This document shows positions 42,837 through 51,491 of a DNA stretch of 64,000 nucleotides, piece after piece. The notes below the pieces were generated by a model that made no database searches, was not told the origin of the DNA, and saw only the letters and a list, made by a program, of their open reading frames with translations. Each line of letters starts with the position of its first letter. Positions within the stretch are counted from its first letter, which is position 1. Position numbers and translations under genes: made by a program. Source of the stretch: Holophagaceae bacterium (GTDB lineage Bacteria > Acidobacteriota > Holophagae > Holophagales > Holophagaceae); the NCBI GenBank assembly GCA_013334395.1, contig JAAXXS010000003.1:10965-74964 (forward strand). Reading direction: 5' to 3'.

Positions 42837-44285
42837 CTAGGCCAGGGCGGGAACCGCCGCGAGTTCCTTCACCCAGGCAGGCACGGTGCGGACGCCCTTG
42901 GGGGGCTGCAGGGCCTTCTGGTAGCGGCGCAGCTCGCCGTCATGGTTGACGATGAAGTCGCTCTCCTCGGCGTGGTTGGTGATGGGCAGCCAGGCCGTGG
43001 CCTGGTGGCCGAGCTCCGAAGGCGCCACTTCCAGGGCCAGACTGAACGGCGCGGCCTGGAGGATCTGGCCCAGCAGCGCGGTCTCGGCAGGACTGGTGAA
43101 GGCGGCGTCGTGCAGCAGCACCACGGCCTTGACCTCCCCTTGCTGCACCTTGCCCAGCAGCTCTTCAAGGGCGCGGAAGCGGAAGCCCCGCTCCGTGAAG
43201 CCGCGGCGATTCAGGATGCCGTCTGCGCTGGTCTGGAACCGGGGCAGCAGCACTGGGAGGGTCCGGTCGCCGCTGCCATAACGCAGGGCGGGCGCGGAGG
43301 CCAGCTCACCCAGGCGCTGGGCGGTGTCGCAGCCGAAGGTGCCCTGGCCGATCACCGCCACGGGGCCCGCAGCCTGCAGCGCCTCCCGGATGGCCTCGGC
43401 CGAGGCCGGGGCACCCTTCAGCCGGGGGGCCGGGGCAGCTCCCGAGCGGTTGAGGTGCTCGTAGGCATAGCGCTCCGCATCTGTGATGAAGAGGGTCGTC
43501 TCCTTGCCCTCGGTGGGGCGGGGGCGAAGGCGGTAGGCCTTGTTGCCCTCGTGGTCGATCCAGATGGGGTTGCCCAGGGCCGAACAGCGGCTGATGGACG
43601 GGGCACTCTTGAGATACCAGACCCGCTTGCGGAACCGGAAGTCCCGGCTGGTGAGGGCGCCCACGGGGCAGAGGTCCACCACGTTCCCTGCGAAGGGGTT
43701 CTGGTCCAGGGACAGTCCGGAGAAGGTGGTGACCTCCAGCCGGGAGCCCCGGTTGGCCACGGTCAGCTCGCCGCCACCGCTGATCTCGCGGGTAAAACGG
43801 ACGCAGCGGGTGCAGTGGATGCAGCGGTTCTTGTCGATGACAATCTTGGCGCCCAGGTCCTCATAGCGGTAGCGGCGCTTGGCCTCGACCATGCGGGAGT
43901 CGCCACTGCCGTAGTTGTAGGAGTAGTCCTGCAGCTTGCACTCGCCGGCCTGATCGCAGATGGGGCAGTCGAGCGGGTGGTTGATGAGCAGGAACTCCAT
44001 CACGCCGGCCCGGGCATCGGCCACGGCGGGCGTGTTGGTGAAGACCTCCATCACCACTGCGTCCGGGTTGTCTCGCGGCGCGGGCGGCACCGTGGTGGTG
44101 CAGCTGGTGGCAAGCTTCGGCTGGCCCTTGATGTCCACCAGGCACATGCGGCAGGTGGCCACCGGCGTGAGGGCGGGGTGGTAGCAGTAGTGGGGAATGT
44201 CGATGCCCACCTGTCGGCAAGCGTCCAGCACCAGCGTGCCGGGGTTCACGCTCAGTGCAACGTCGTTGATCTTGATCGTCGGCAT
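42837..44285 (-). CDS. NuoG-like iron-sulfur protein (short, stand-alone)
   Basis: [2Fe-2S] CYH...CRMC...SC; HPLDCPICDQAGEC; CIHCTRC...CPVGAL. Confidence 0.88.
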   Translation of the reverse strand: MPTIKINDVALSVNPGTLVLDACRQVGIDIPHYCYHPALTPVATCRMCLVDIKGQPKLATSCTTTVPPAPRDNPDAVVMEVFTNTPAVADARAGVMEFLLINHPLDCPICDQAGECKLQDYSYNYGSGDSRMVEAKRRYRYEDLGAKIVIDKNRCIHCTRCVRFTREISGGGELTVANRGSRLEVTTFSGLSLDQNPFAGNVVDLCPVGALTSRDFRFRKRVWYLKSAPSISRCSALGNPIWIDHEGNKAYRLRPRPTEGKETTLFITDAERYAYEHLNRSGAAPAPRLKGAPASAEAIREALQAAGPVAVIGQGTFGCDTAQRLGELASAPALRYGSGDRTLPVLLPRFQTSADGILNRRGFTERGFRFRALEELLGKVQQGEVKAVVLLHDAAFTSPAETALLGQILQAAPFSLALEVAPSELGHQATAWLPITNHAEESDFIVNHDGELRRYQKALQPPKGVRTVPAWVKELAAVPALA

Positions 44286-44344
44286 GGGCCCACTCCAGGG
44301 CTTTCAGGATGGGGCTTGATGCCTCGCAGGTAAAGATCGGTTCC

Positions 44345-44683
44345 TCAGCCCCTTCCGACGGCGCCCACCATGCACTGCCGGCAGAAGTCCAGGAAATCCT
44401 CCAGATCCGGGATATCCAGGTTCACTGTGGCAGGAGTCACATTCGGGATGACCACCCGCTTGCGCAGTTCACCGGTGGCCTCCAGGGAGAAGATGAACCA
44501 GGCCGAGCGGTCCTTCTCGGAGGACAGCGTGAGGCTCACCAGCCTGGTCTCGAAGAACAGGTCCGGGGCCCCGCCATCCTCCGGGGTCTTCCAGTCGGGG
44601 ATGTGGCCCCTCTTGACGAATTCAGCCTTCAGTTGCTCCAGCGTGTGCTGGACCGTGAACTGAACCTCGACCTGGACATCCAT
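44345..44683 (-). CDS. Hypothetical protein (about 112 aa)
   Basis: GGGAGG SD before ATG 44683; co-oriented upstream of the NuoG-like gene. Confidence 0.6.
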   Translation of the reverse strand: MDVQVEVQFTVQHTLEQLKAEFVKRGHIPDWKTPEDGGAPDLFFETRLVSLTLSSEKDRSAWFIFSLEATGELRKRVVIPNVTPATVNLDIPDLEDFLDFCRQCMVGAVGRG

Positions 44684-44798
44684 CGGCCCCTCCCATTCCT
44701 TCTCTATTCGGTCAATTCCCCCCGAACCCAAGCCTGGACATCCCGCTCTATCCAGAAGCACTGAAAGCATGGAAAAATAAAGGGTTCAGGGGGCAGCC

Positions 44799-46343
44799 AT
44801 GCCAACGGCATTGATCTCGGTCTACGACAAGACGGGGCTTCTTCCCCTGGCCGAGGGCCTGCTGGCCCAGGGCTGGCGGATCCTGGCCACGGGCGGCACC
44901 CTGCGCACCCTCCAGGAAGCCCGGCTCGAAGCCATTGAGGTGGCCAGCTACACCGGTGCGCCCGAGTGCTTTGATGGCCGCGTGAAGACGCTGCATCCCC
45001 GCATCCACGGCGGCCTGCTCTTCCGGCGCGACCTGGCCGACCACGTGGCCGACGCCAAGGCCCAGGGCATCGAACCTATCGACCTGGTGATCATCAACCT
45101 CTATCCCTTCGAGGCCACCATCGCCCGGGAGGGCGTCACCGCCGCCGAAGCCATCGAGCAGATCGACATTGGCGGCCCCAGCATGATCCGCAGCGCCTCC
45201 AAGAACCATGCCTCGGTGACGGTGCTGACCGATCCGGACCAGTACGGCCCCTTCCTGGAGAAGCTCCAGGCCGGCACCTGGAGCCTGGAGGATCGCCGCC
45301 GCTGCGCCCTGGAGGCCTTCCGCAGGACCGCCGCCTACGATGCCGCCATCTCCGGCTGGATGGAGCGGGAGCAGAGGGCCGGGAAAGCCTCGGAGCTGCC
45401 CCACCACCTCGCCCTGAACCTGGTCCAGAAACAGGGTCTGCGCTACGGCGAGAACCCCCACCAGCCCGCGGCCTTCTACGTGGAGCCCGGCTGCAAGGTC
45501 GAGGGCATGGCCGCCTGCCTGCAGCACCAGGGCAAGGAGCTCAGCTTCAACAACCTGCTCGACGCCGACGCCTGCGCCCGTCTGGTGTGGCAGTTCCTGG
45601 CCCCGGCCTGCGTCATCGTCAAGCACAACAACCCCTGCGGCGTGGGCCAGGGTCCCCACGCGCTGGAGGCCTTCATGCGCGCCCAGGCCGGCGACCCCGT
45701 CAGCGCCTTCGGCGGAATCGTGGCCTTCAACCGCCCCGTGGGCGCCGAAGTGGCCCGCATCATGGCCCAGAACTTCTGGGAGGTGATCCTGGCCCCCGCC
45801 TTCACCGGCGAGGCCCTGGAGGTGTTCGCCGCCAAGAAGCAGCTCCGCATCCTCCAGACCCCGGACCAATGGCCCCAGAGCGCCAAGGGCCTGGACATCC
45901 GGTCCATCGGCGGCGGTTTCCTGGCCCAGCGCGCGGACGACGCCTTCGTGCCCTTCGAGGACTGGGAGATGAAGGCCAGCGGCCCGGGCGCGAAGCCCCG
46001 GACCGAGGACCTCGTGCTGGCCCAGCGCGTGGCCAAGGCCGTGAAGTCCAACGCCATCGTGCTGGTGAAGGACGGTGCCACCGTGGGCATTGGCGCGGGC
46101 CAGATGAGCCGCGTGGACTCCGTCGAGATCGCCTGCCGCAAGGCCGGTGACCGGGCCCGGGGCGCGGTGCTGGGCAGCGACGCGTTCTTCCCCTTCCCCG
46201 ACGGTGTCGAGCTGGCTGCCAGCCATGGCGTCACCGCCGTGGTGGAACCCGGCGGCAGCCTGCGCGACAACGAGGTCATCGCCGCGGCCCAGAAGCTCGG
46301 CGTGTGGCTCTTTTTCACGGGGATGCGGCACTTCCGTCACTAA
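44799..46343 (+). CDS. purH: Bifunctional AICAR transformylase/IMP cyclohydrolase
   Basis: SVYDKTG, GRVKTLHP, IDIGGPSM, RYGENPHQ, KHNNPCG and SDAFFPF motifs. Confidence 0.97.
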   Translation: MPTALISVYDKTGLLPLAEGLLAQGWRILATGGTLRTLQEARLEAIEVASYTGAPECFDGRVKTLHPRIHGGLLFRRDLADHVADAKAQGIEPIDLVIINLYPFEATIAREGVTAAEAIEQIDIGGPSMIRSASKNHASVTVLTDPDQYGPFLEKLQAGTWSLEDRRRCALEAFRRTAAYDAAISGWMEREQRAGKASELPHHLALNLVQKQGLRYGENPHQPAAFYVEPGCKVEGMAACLQHQGKELSFNNLLDADACARLVWQFLAPACVIVKHNNPCGVGQGPHALEAFMRAQAGDPVSAFGGIVAFNRPVGAEVARIMAQNFWEVILAPAFTGEALEVFAAKKQLRILQTPDQWPQSAKGLDIRSIGGGFLAQRADDAFVPFEDWEMKASGPGAKPRTEDLVLAQRVAKAVKSNAIVLVKDGATVGIGAGQMSRVDSVEIACRKAGDRARGAVLGSDAFFPFPDGVELAASHGVTAVVEPGGSLRDNEVIAAAQKLGVWLFFTGMRHFRH

Positions 46344-46529
46344 GTTCTCTCTGGGGGTTCCGTGCTGCGCACCTCCATGTCACGCAACGCAGTGCGTTGC
46401 TCCCACTCGCCCGCTGGGCTCGTGGACATGGAGCCTCCCCCCGGACCCCCTCACCCGGTCCAGGCAGAGCCAGGTCGGCGCATTTTCAAGCAGTCCCACG
46501 TTTGATCCTTTTGCTTCCCTGGAAACACC

Positions 46530-49151
46530 ATGAAAACCTCTGAGATCCGGCAGCGCTTCCTCCAGTACTTTGAGCACCAGGGCCACCGGCGCGTGGCCTC
46601 CAGCGCGGTCATCGGGCCTGCGGACGACCCCACCGTGATGTGGACGAACTCCGGCATGATCCAGTTCAAGGACGTGTTCCTCGGCAAGGAGAACCGCGAC
46701 TACAACCGTGCCACCAGCAGCCAGAAGTGCCTGCGGGCCGGCGGCAAGCACAACGACCTCGACATGGTGGGCTTCACCGCCCGGCACCACACTTTCTTCG
46801 AGATGCTGGGCAACTTCAGCTTCGGCGACTACTTCAAGGCCGAGGCCATCCGCTTCGCCTGGGAGTTCGTGACCGGGCCGGTCAGCGAGGGCAACCTGGG
46901 CATGGATGCCAGCAAGCTCTGGATCACCGTGTTCGAGGGGGCCGATGGCGTCCCCGCAGATGTCGAGGCCGAGGAGCTCTGGAAGGCGGCCGGCGTGCCT
47001 GCGGAGCGCATCATGCGCTGCGGCAAGAAGGACAACTTCTGGCAGATGGGCGATACCGGCCCCTGCGGACCCTGCTCCGAGATGCACTACGACCGGGGCG
47101 CCCATGTCCCGGGCGACGCCGTCCCCAACGGGGAGGGCGACCGGGTCATGGAGATCTGGAACCTGGTCTTCATGCAGTACGAGCGCGACCCGAAGGGCGT
47201 CCTGACCCCCCTGCCCAAGCCCAGCATCGACACGGGCATGGGCCTTGAGCGCACCGCCAGCATCCTCCAGGGCGTGGACTCGAACTACGAGATCGACCTC
47301 TTCGCACCCATCTTCGAGGCCATCTGGAAGGCCGCCAAGGTGCGGCCGGAAGACCGGCACGAGCTGGCCAACCGCACGGCCTCCCAGGTCATCGCGGACC
47401 ACATCCGGGCCGCCACCTTCATGTGCTACGACGGTGTGGTGCCCGGCAACGAGGGGCGCGGCTACGTGCTGCGCAAGATCGTGCGCCGCGCCCTGCGCTT
47501 CGGCCGGAAACTCGGCATCGAGGGGCTCTTCTTCTCGGATCTGGCCCCCGCTGTCTTCCAGGCCATGGGGGATCAGTATCCGGAGCTGCTCCCGGAGCTG
47601 GGCCGCATCCAGAAGGCACTCCACCGCGAGGAGCGGCAGTTCAGCCAGACCCTCTCCACCGGCCTGAAGATCCTCGAGGCCAGCGCGGTCACCGCCGGGA
47701 CCCTCGCGGGCTCGGACATCTTCAAGCTCTACGACACCTATGGCTTCCCCGTGGATCTGGTGGAGGACTGGTGCCGGGAGCGGCAGATCACCGCCGACCT
47801 GGCCGGCTTCCAGCTTGAGCTCAATGCCCAGCGCACCCGCGCCCGGGCGGCCATGAAGTCCCACGACCTGCGGCTGGCAGGCGATCTCGCCATCCTGGCC
47901 GATCTCCCCCCGACCCGCTTCACCGGCTACGACCAGCTCGAGAGCCAGGCGCACGTGGTGGCCCTCTTCGACGCCGGGCACCGCCGGGTGAAGCAGCTCA
48001 CGGGCGACGGCTACGCCCTGCTCGACCGCACGCCCTTCTATGCCCTGTCCGGCGGTCAGGTGGGGGACACCGGCCAGCTCCGCTTCGAAGGCGGCCACGC
48101 CGAAGTCCTGGACACCACGGCCCCGGCCCACCGGCGCCATCTGCACAAGGTCCAGGTCACCGGTTCCTTGGTGGAGAACACCACGGTCAACGCCCATGTC
48201 CACCCCATCCGCCGCCGCCGGATCCGCGCACACCACACGGCGACCCACCTGCTCCACGCCGCCCTGCGGGAGGTGCTTGGCACCCACGTGAAGCAGGCCG
48301 GCAGCGTGGTGGACGCCGCCCGGCTGCGCTTCGACTTCACCCACTTCGCCCCGCTGGAGCCCACGCAGATCGTCGAGATCGAGCGGCTGGCCTCCCGGCA
48401 GGCCCTGCGGTCCATCGACACGAACGTGCGGGAGATGGACATCGAGGAGGCCCTCACATCCGGGGCCATGGCCCTCTTCGGCGAGAAATACGGCGATGTG
48501 GTGCGGGTGGTGCAGGTCCCTGGCTTCTCCACGGAGCTCTGCGGCGGCACCCATGTGCCCAACACTGGCGAGATCGGCGTGGTGAAGATCATCTCCGAGG
48601 GCGCCGTGAGCGCCGGTGTCCGGCGCATCGAGGCCGTCGCCGGAGAGATGGCGCTGGAACTCCTCCAGGCCGACGAGGCCATGATCCACCAGCTGTCCCG
48701 CCAGGCCAACACCGGCCGGGAGGCCCTGCCTGAGCTGCTCACAACCCGGGACCACCGCATCGCCCAGCTTGAGCGGGACCTGAAGGAAGCCAAGCTGAAG
48801 GCCGCCAGCGGTGGCAGCGGCGCGGAACAGGTCGAGCAGGTCAACGGCACCACCCTCGTGATCGCCCAGGTGGAGGGTCTCGAGGGCAACGCCCTGCGCG
48901 AGCTCATGGACCAGGTCCGCACCCGTCACCACAGCGCCGTCATCGTGCTCGCTTCGACGGTGGCCGCGGACAAGGTGGCGGCCCTGGTGTCCGTCTCTCC
49001 AGACCTCACCTATGACGCGGGCGCCCTCTTCCGCGCCATGCTGCCCGCCCTCAGCGGCCGCGGCGGCGGCAAGAAGGACCTGGCCCAGGGCGGCGGCAGC
49101 AACCCCGCCGGCCTCCCGGAAGCCCTGGCAGCCGTAAAGGCCGCGCTTTAG
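46530..49151 (+). CDS. alaS: Alanine--tRNA ligase
   Basis: RHHTFFEMLGNFSFGDYFK, DTGMGLER, HTATHLLH, ELCGGTH and GGG...AQGG motifs. Confidence 0.98.
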   Translation: MKTSEIRQRFLQYFEHQGHRRVASSAVIGPADDPTVMWTNSGMIQFKDVFLGKENRDYNRATSSQKCLRAGGKHNDLDMVGFTARHHTFFEMLGNFSFGDYFKAEAIRFAWEFVTGPVSEGNLGMDASKLWITVFEGADGVPADVEAEELWKAAGVPAERIMRCGKKDNFWQMGDTGPCGPCSEMHYDRGAHVPGDAVPNGEGDRVMEIWNLVFMQYERDPKGVLTPLPKPSIDTGMGLERTASILQGVDSNYEIDLFAPIFEAIWKAAKVRPEDRHELANRTASQVIADHIRAATFMCYDGVVPGNEGRGYVLRKIVRRALRFGRKLGIEGLFFSDLAPAVFQAMGDQYPELLPELGRIQKALHREERQFSQTLSTGLKILEASAVTAGTLAGSDIFKLYDTYGFPVDLVEDWCRERQITADLAGFQLELNAQRTRARAAMKSHDLRLAGDLAILADLPPTRFTGYDQLESQAHVVALFDAGHRRVKQLTGDGYALLDRTPFYALSGGQVGDTGQLRFEGGHAEVLDTTAPAHRRHLHKVQVTGSLVENTTVNAHVHPIRRRRIRAHHTATHLLHAALREVLGTHVKQAGSVVDAARLRFDFTHFAPLEPTQIVEIERLASRQALRSIDTNVREMDIEEALTSGAMALFGEKYGDVVRVVQVPGFSTELCGGTHVPNTGEIGVVKIISEGAVSAGVRRIEAVAGEMALELLQADEAMIHQLSRQANTGREALPELLTTRDHRIAQLERDLKEAKLKAASGGSGAEQVEQVNGTTLVIAQVEGLEGNALRELMDQVRTRHHSAVIVLASTVAADKVAALVSVSPDLTYDAGALFRAMLPALSGRGGGKKDLAQGGGSNPAGLPEALAAVKAAL

Positions 49152-49171
49152 GTTTCCAGCATTGCCGCATA

Positions 49172-49198
49172 CTCGGTATCGGCTGCGCCGATACCGAG
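49172..49198. terminator. Hairpin between convergent alaS and the cytochrome cluster
   Basis: ctcggtatcggc-tgc-gccgataccgag, 12-bp stem; no U-tract. Confidence 0.55.
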
Positions 49199-49236
49199 AT
49201 ACACAAGGACTGATCGTGAAGTAGGCTGGTTACGAC

Positions 49237-50202
49237 TTACTTGTTTCCGCCTTTTTCGTGGCAGCCCAGGCAAGTGATGAGCTTGGGGTCGGGGCTGCGC
49301 CAGTAGACGCTATCCTGGCCCGCCACCTCCTTGCGGAGGTTCTCGGGCACCCGGGCCCAGTAGAAGATGAAGGCCGTGCTCCCGTCCGCCTTGGTCTCCT
49401 TCATGTAGAGCGGGCCGGGCTCCGTGCCCGGTTTGCCCTTCTCATCTGTGTAGGTGGCCATCACCGCATAGGCACCTGGGCGCAGCGGCTTGCCAGCCTG
49501 GTAGTCATCGATGCCCGAGGCGGTGACCCAGATCCTGCGCCACCGGTCGCCATGGGCCTTGCTTCGAGAGGGTGCCACTTCTGCTGGCTCAAGGCTGGCG
49601 TAGTCCAGGGCCCGGATCGGGAGATCGGCCTCCTGGTCGTTCCGCTTGGCGGCATCCGCCTCGGCGGCGGCCTTGTTGGTGGCCTCATTGCCGAACACCA
49701 TGATGCCCCCCAGCTTGCCGCTGAAGCCCCAGGTACCCAGCCAGAGGAGTCCCACCAGGAGAGCCGGCACGCCAGCACCCCGCTCGAAGAACCGCCGTCC
49801 CCCGTGGCGGCGGTCCGCGGGTCCAGCCTCCAGGTTCCGCCACGCGCGCCAGAGGAGGAAAACGCAGAGGCCGCCGATGACAAAGCCCGCAGCTGCCGCG
49901 AAGATGTGCAGTTGCAGCATCTTCTGGAGGACCTGTTTTTCGGAGGCAATCACCGGGAGGAACCCGGAAGGTGGAATCAGGTTGATCTGCCGCCCCCACA
50001 CCAGCCCGCTGAAGAGGGCCGCGGTGCTGCCGACCCAGGCCACCAGGGCCAGGAAGAAGGCGGTGCCCGTCGTCACCTTGCTGTGCTTCGGGAAGAAGGA
50101 GGCGAGCACCGCCAGAGGCAGGGCTGCCACCAGGCCCAGGGGCAGGTGCACAAAGGCCGGGTGCTCCCGGGCGATGAACTCGAGAAGAGGAGAGGCGATC
50201 AT
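49237..50202 (-). CDS. Membrane protein (DUF2231-like N-terminus) fused to a C-terminal single-heme c domain
   Basis: HPAFVHLPLG and four hydrophobic segments; C-terminal CLGCH at 49258-49272. Confidence 0.8.
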   Translation of the reverse strand: MIASPLLEFIAREHPAFVHLPLGLVAALPLAVLASFFPKHSKVTTGTAFFLALVAWVGSTAALFSGLVWGRQINLIPPSGFLPVIASEKQVLQKMLQLHIFAAAAGFVIGGLCVFLLWRAWRNLEAGPADRRHGGRRFFERGAGVPALLVGLLWLGTWGFSGKLGGIMVFGNEATNKAAAEADAAKRNDQEADLPIRALDYASLEPAEVAPSRSKAHGDRWRRIWVTASGIDDYQAGKPLRPGAYAVMATYTDEKGKPGTEPGPLYMKETKADGSTAFIFYWARVPENLRKEVAGQDSVYWRSPDPKLITCLGCHEKGGNK

Positions 50203-50214
50203 GAGACTCCTGGC

Positions 50215-51084
50215 TTAGAACACGCGTGCGACGTTGAAGCCGAAGGCCCACTGCGACGAGAGCCGGGGGCCGCCGCCGTAGTCGCCGCTGAGCACCTGGT
50301 TGGCGGTGGTGCCGCTTGCGTTGGTGCCAAACATCGTGAAGCGGTGCTTGAAGGTCTTGTAGGAGAAGCCTGCGGCGAACCCGTTCTGGTAGGTGGTGCC
50401 ATCGGTGATGCCGCCCGGGGCTGCCTTGGCGAACTTCGACGGCCGGGGGTAGTACTCGGTCGCGAAGGAGAACTTGTCCGTGAAGCCGACGCGCAGGCCC
50501 AGGCCCACGTTGAAGACCCCGCCCTTGTTCGGCGTGGTGTTCGGCGTCTTGCCCGGGGGCACCGGCAGGATGGTATCGGTGGTGGTGGTCTTGGTGATGT
50601 AGGTCGGGACCACCGAGAAGATGATGTCGTCCGTGAGGAAGATCTCGGTGGGCAGCTGAGCCGTCAGGCCGGAGATGCCCACCTTGCCCAGAGGCGTGAC
50701 GGTCTCCTTCACCACCTCATCGAACCGCTCCACACGAATGGCCATGCGGACCCGGTCCCCGTTCATTACCTGCTGCTGGAGGCCCACGTTGAAGGTCTTG
50801 TTGTCCGCCGTGCGGTAGATGAAGGCGTTCAGGCCCTTGATGGGCTTGATGCCGAAGGTGAAGCCCACCCCGGCGTAGGCATAGCCATCCAGACCGTAGA
50901 CGTCTTTGCCGTGGTCCTTCATGGGCTGGATGAACCGGTGCGTGAACACCACCCCCAGGTCCCAGTACTGCATCCGTTCCGCCGAGGGGAGGTTGATCAC
51001 CAGCGGGTAGTCGGAGGACTCGGCGCGGAGGGTGCCCCCGGCCAGGAGGGCACAGAGCAGCAGAGGGGTGTGCTTCAGTGTCAT
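50215..51084 (-). CDS. Outer-membrane beta-barrel protein (DUF5777-like)
   Basis: Signal peptide; INLPS...FTHRF start; alternating strands; terminal FGFNVARVF. Confidence 0.75.
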   Translation of the reverse strand: MTLKHTPLLLCALLAGGTLRAESSDYPLVINLPSAERMQYWDLGVVFTHRFIQPMKDHGKDVYGLDGYAYAGVGFTFGIKPIKGLNAFIYRTADNKTFNVGLQQQVMNGDRVRMAIRVERFDEVVKETVTPLGKVGISGLTAQLPTEIFLTDDIIFSVVPTYITKTTTTDTILPVPPGKTPNTTPNKGGVFNVGLGLRVGFTDKFSFATEYYPRPSKFAKAAPGGITDGTTYQNGFAAGFSYKTFKHRFTMFGTNASGTTANQVLSGDYGGGPRLSSQWAFGFNVARVF

Positions 51085-51101
51085 CGGAGCTCCAGGAGAA
51101 G

Positions 51102-51452
51102 TCACTTGGCGGCGAACTTGCGCATGATCCCAATCATGGCCTTAGCATCAGCCTCGGACATCTTGTCCTTAAAGGCTGGCATCTTCTCCTTGCCCTGCAG
51201 GGTGACCTTGACCCAGTCGCTGTCCTTCTTCTTGTTGGCCTTCCGGCTGTCCGTGAAGTCGAAGCCGGAATCCGGCAGCGGCTTGCCGCTGTTGTCGCGG
51301 CCATTGCCGTTGAAGCCATGGCAGCGGGCGCAGGCATCATTCCAATACTTGTTGAGGTCGCCTCCCTGGAACTTGGGCAGATCCTTGGCGGGATCACCCG
51401 CCAGCAGGGTTGCGCCGGCGAGGAGCAGGGCAGAGAGGATGGTGAGCCGCAT
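51102..51452 (-). CDS. Monoheme cytochrome c (class I)
   Basis: Signal peptide, CARCH, distal KMPAF methionine. Confidence 0.9.
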   Translation of the reverse strand: MRLTILSALLLAGATLLAGDPAKDLPKFQGGDLNKYWNDACARCHGFNGNGRDNSGKPLPDSGFDFTDSRKANKKKDSDWVKVTLQGKEKMPAFKDKMSEADAKAMIGIMRKFAAK

Positions 51453-51491
51453 GAAGGGCCTCCTAATAGGTCGGGGGGGGTGGGCTGAAAA

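Noticed and set aside
46344-46529. T-box leader upstream of alaS
   Set aside because: No T-box consensus (GGTGGNACCGCG) or terminator/antiterminator; the hairpins belong to the repeat family reported above.
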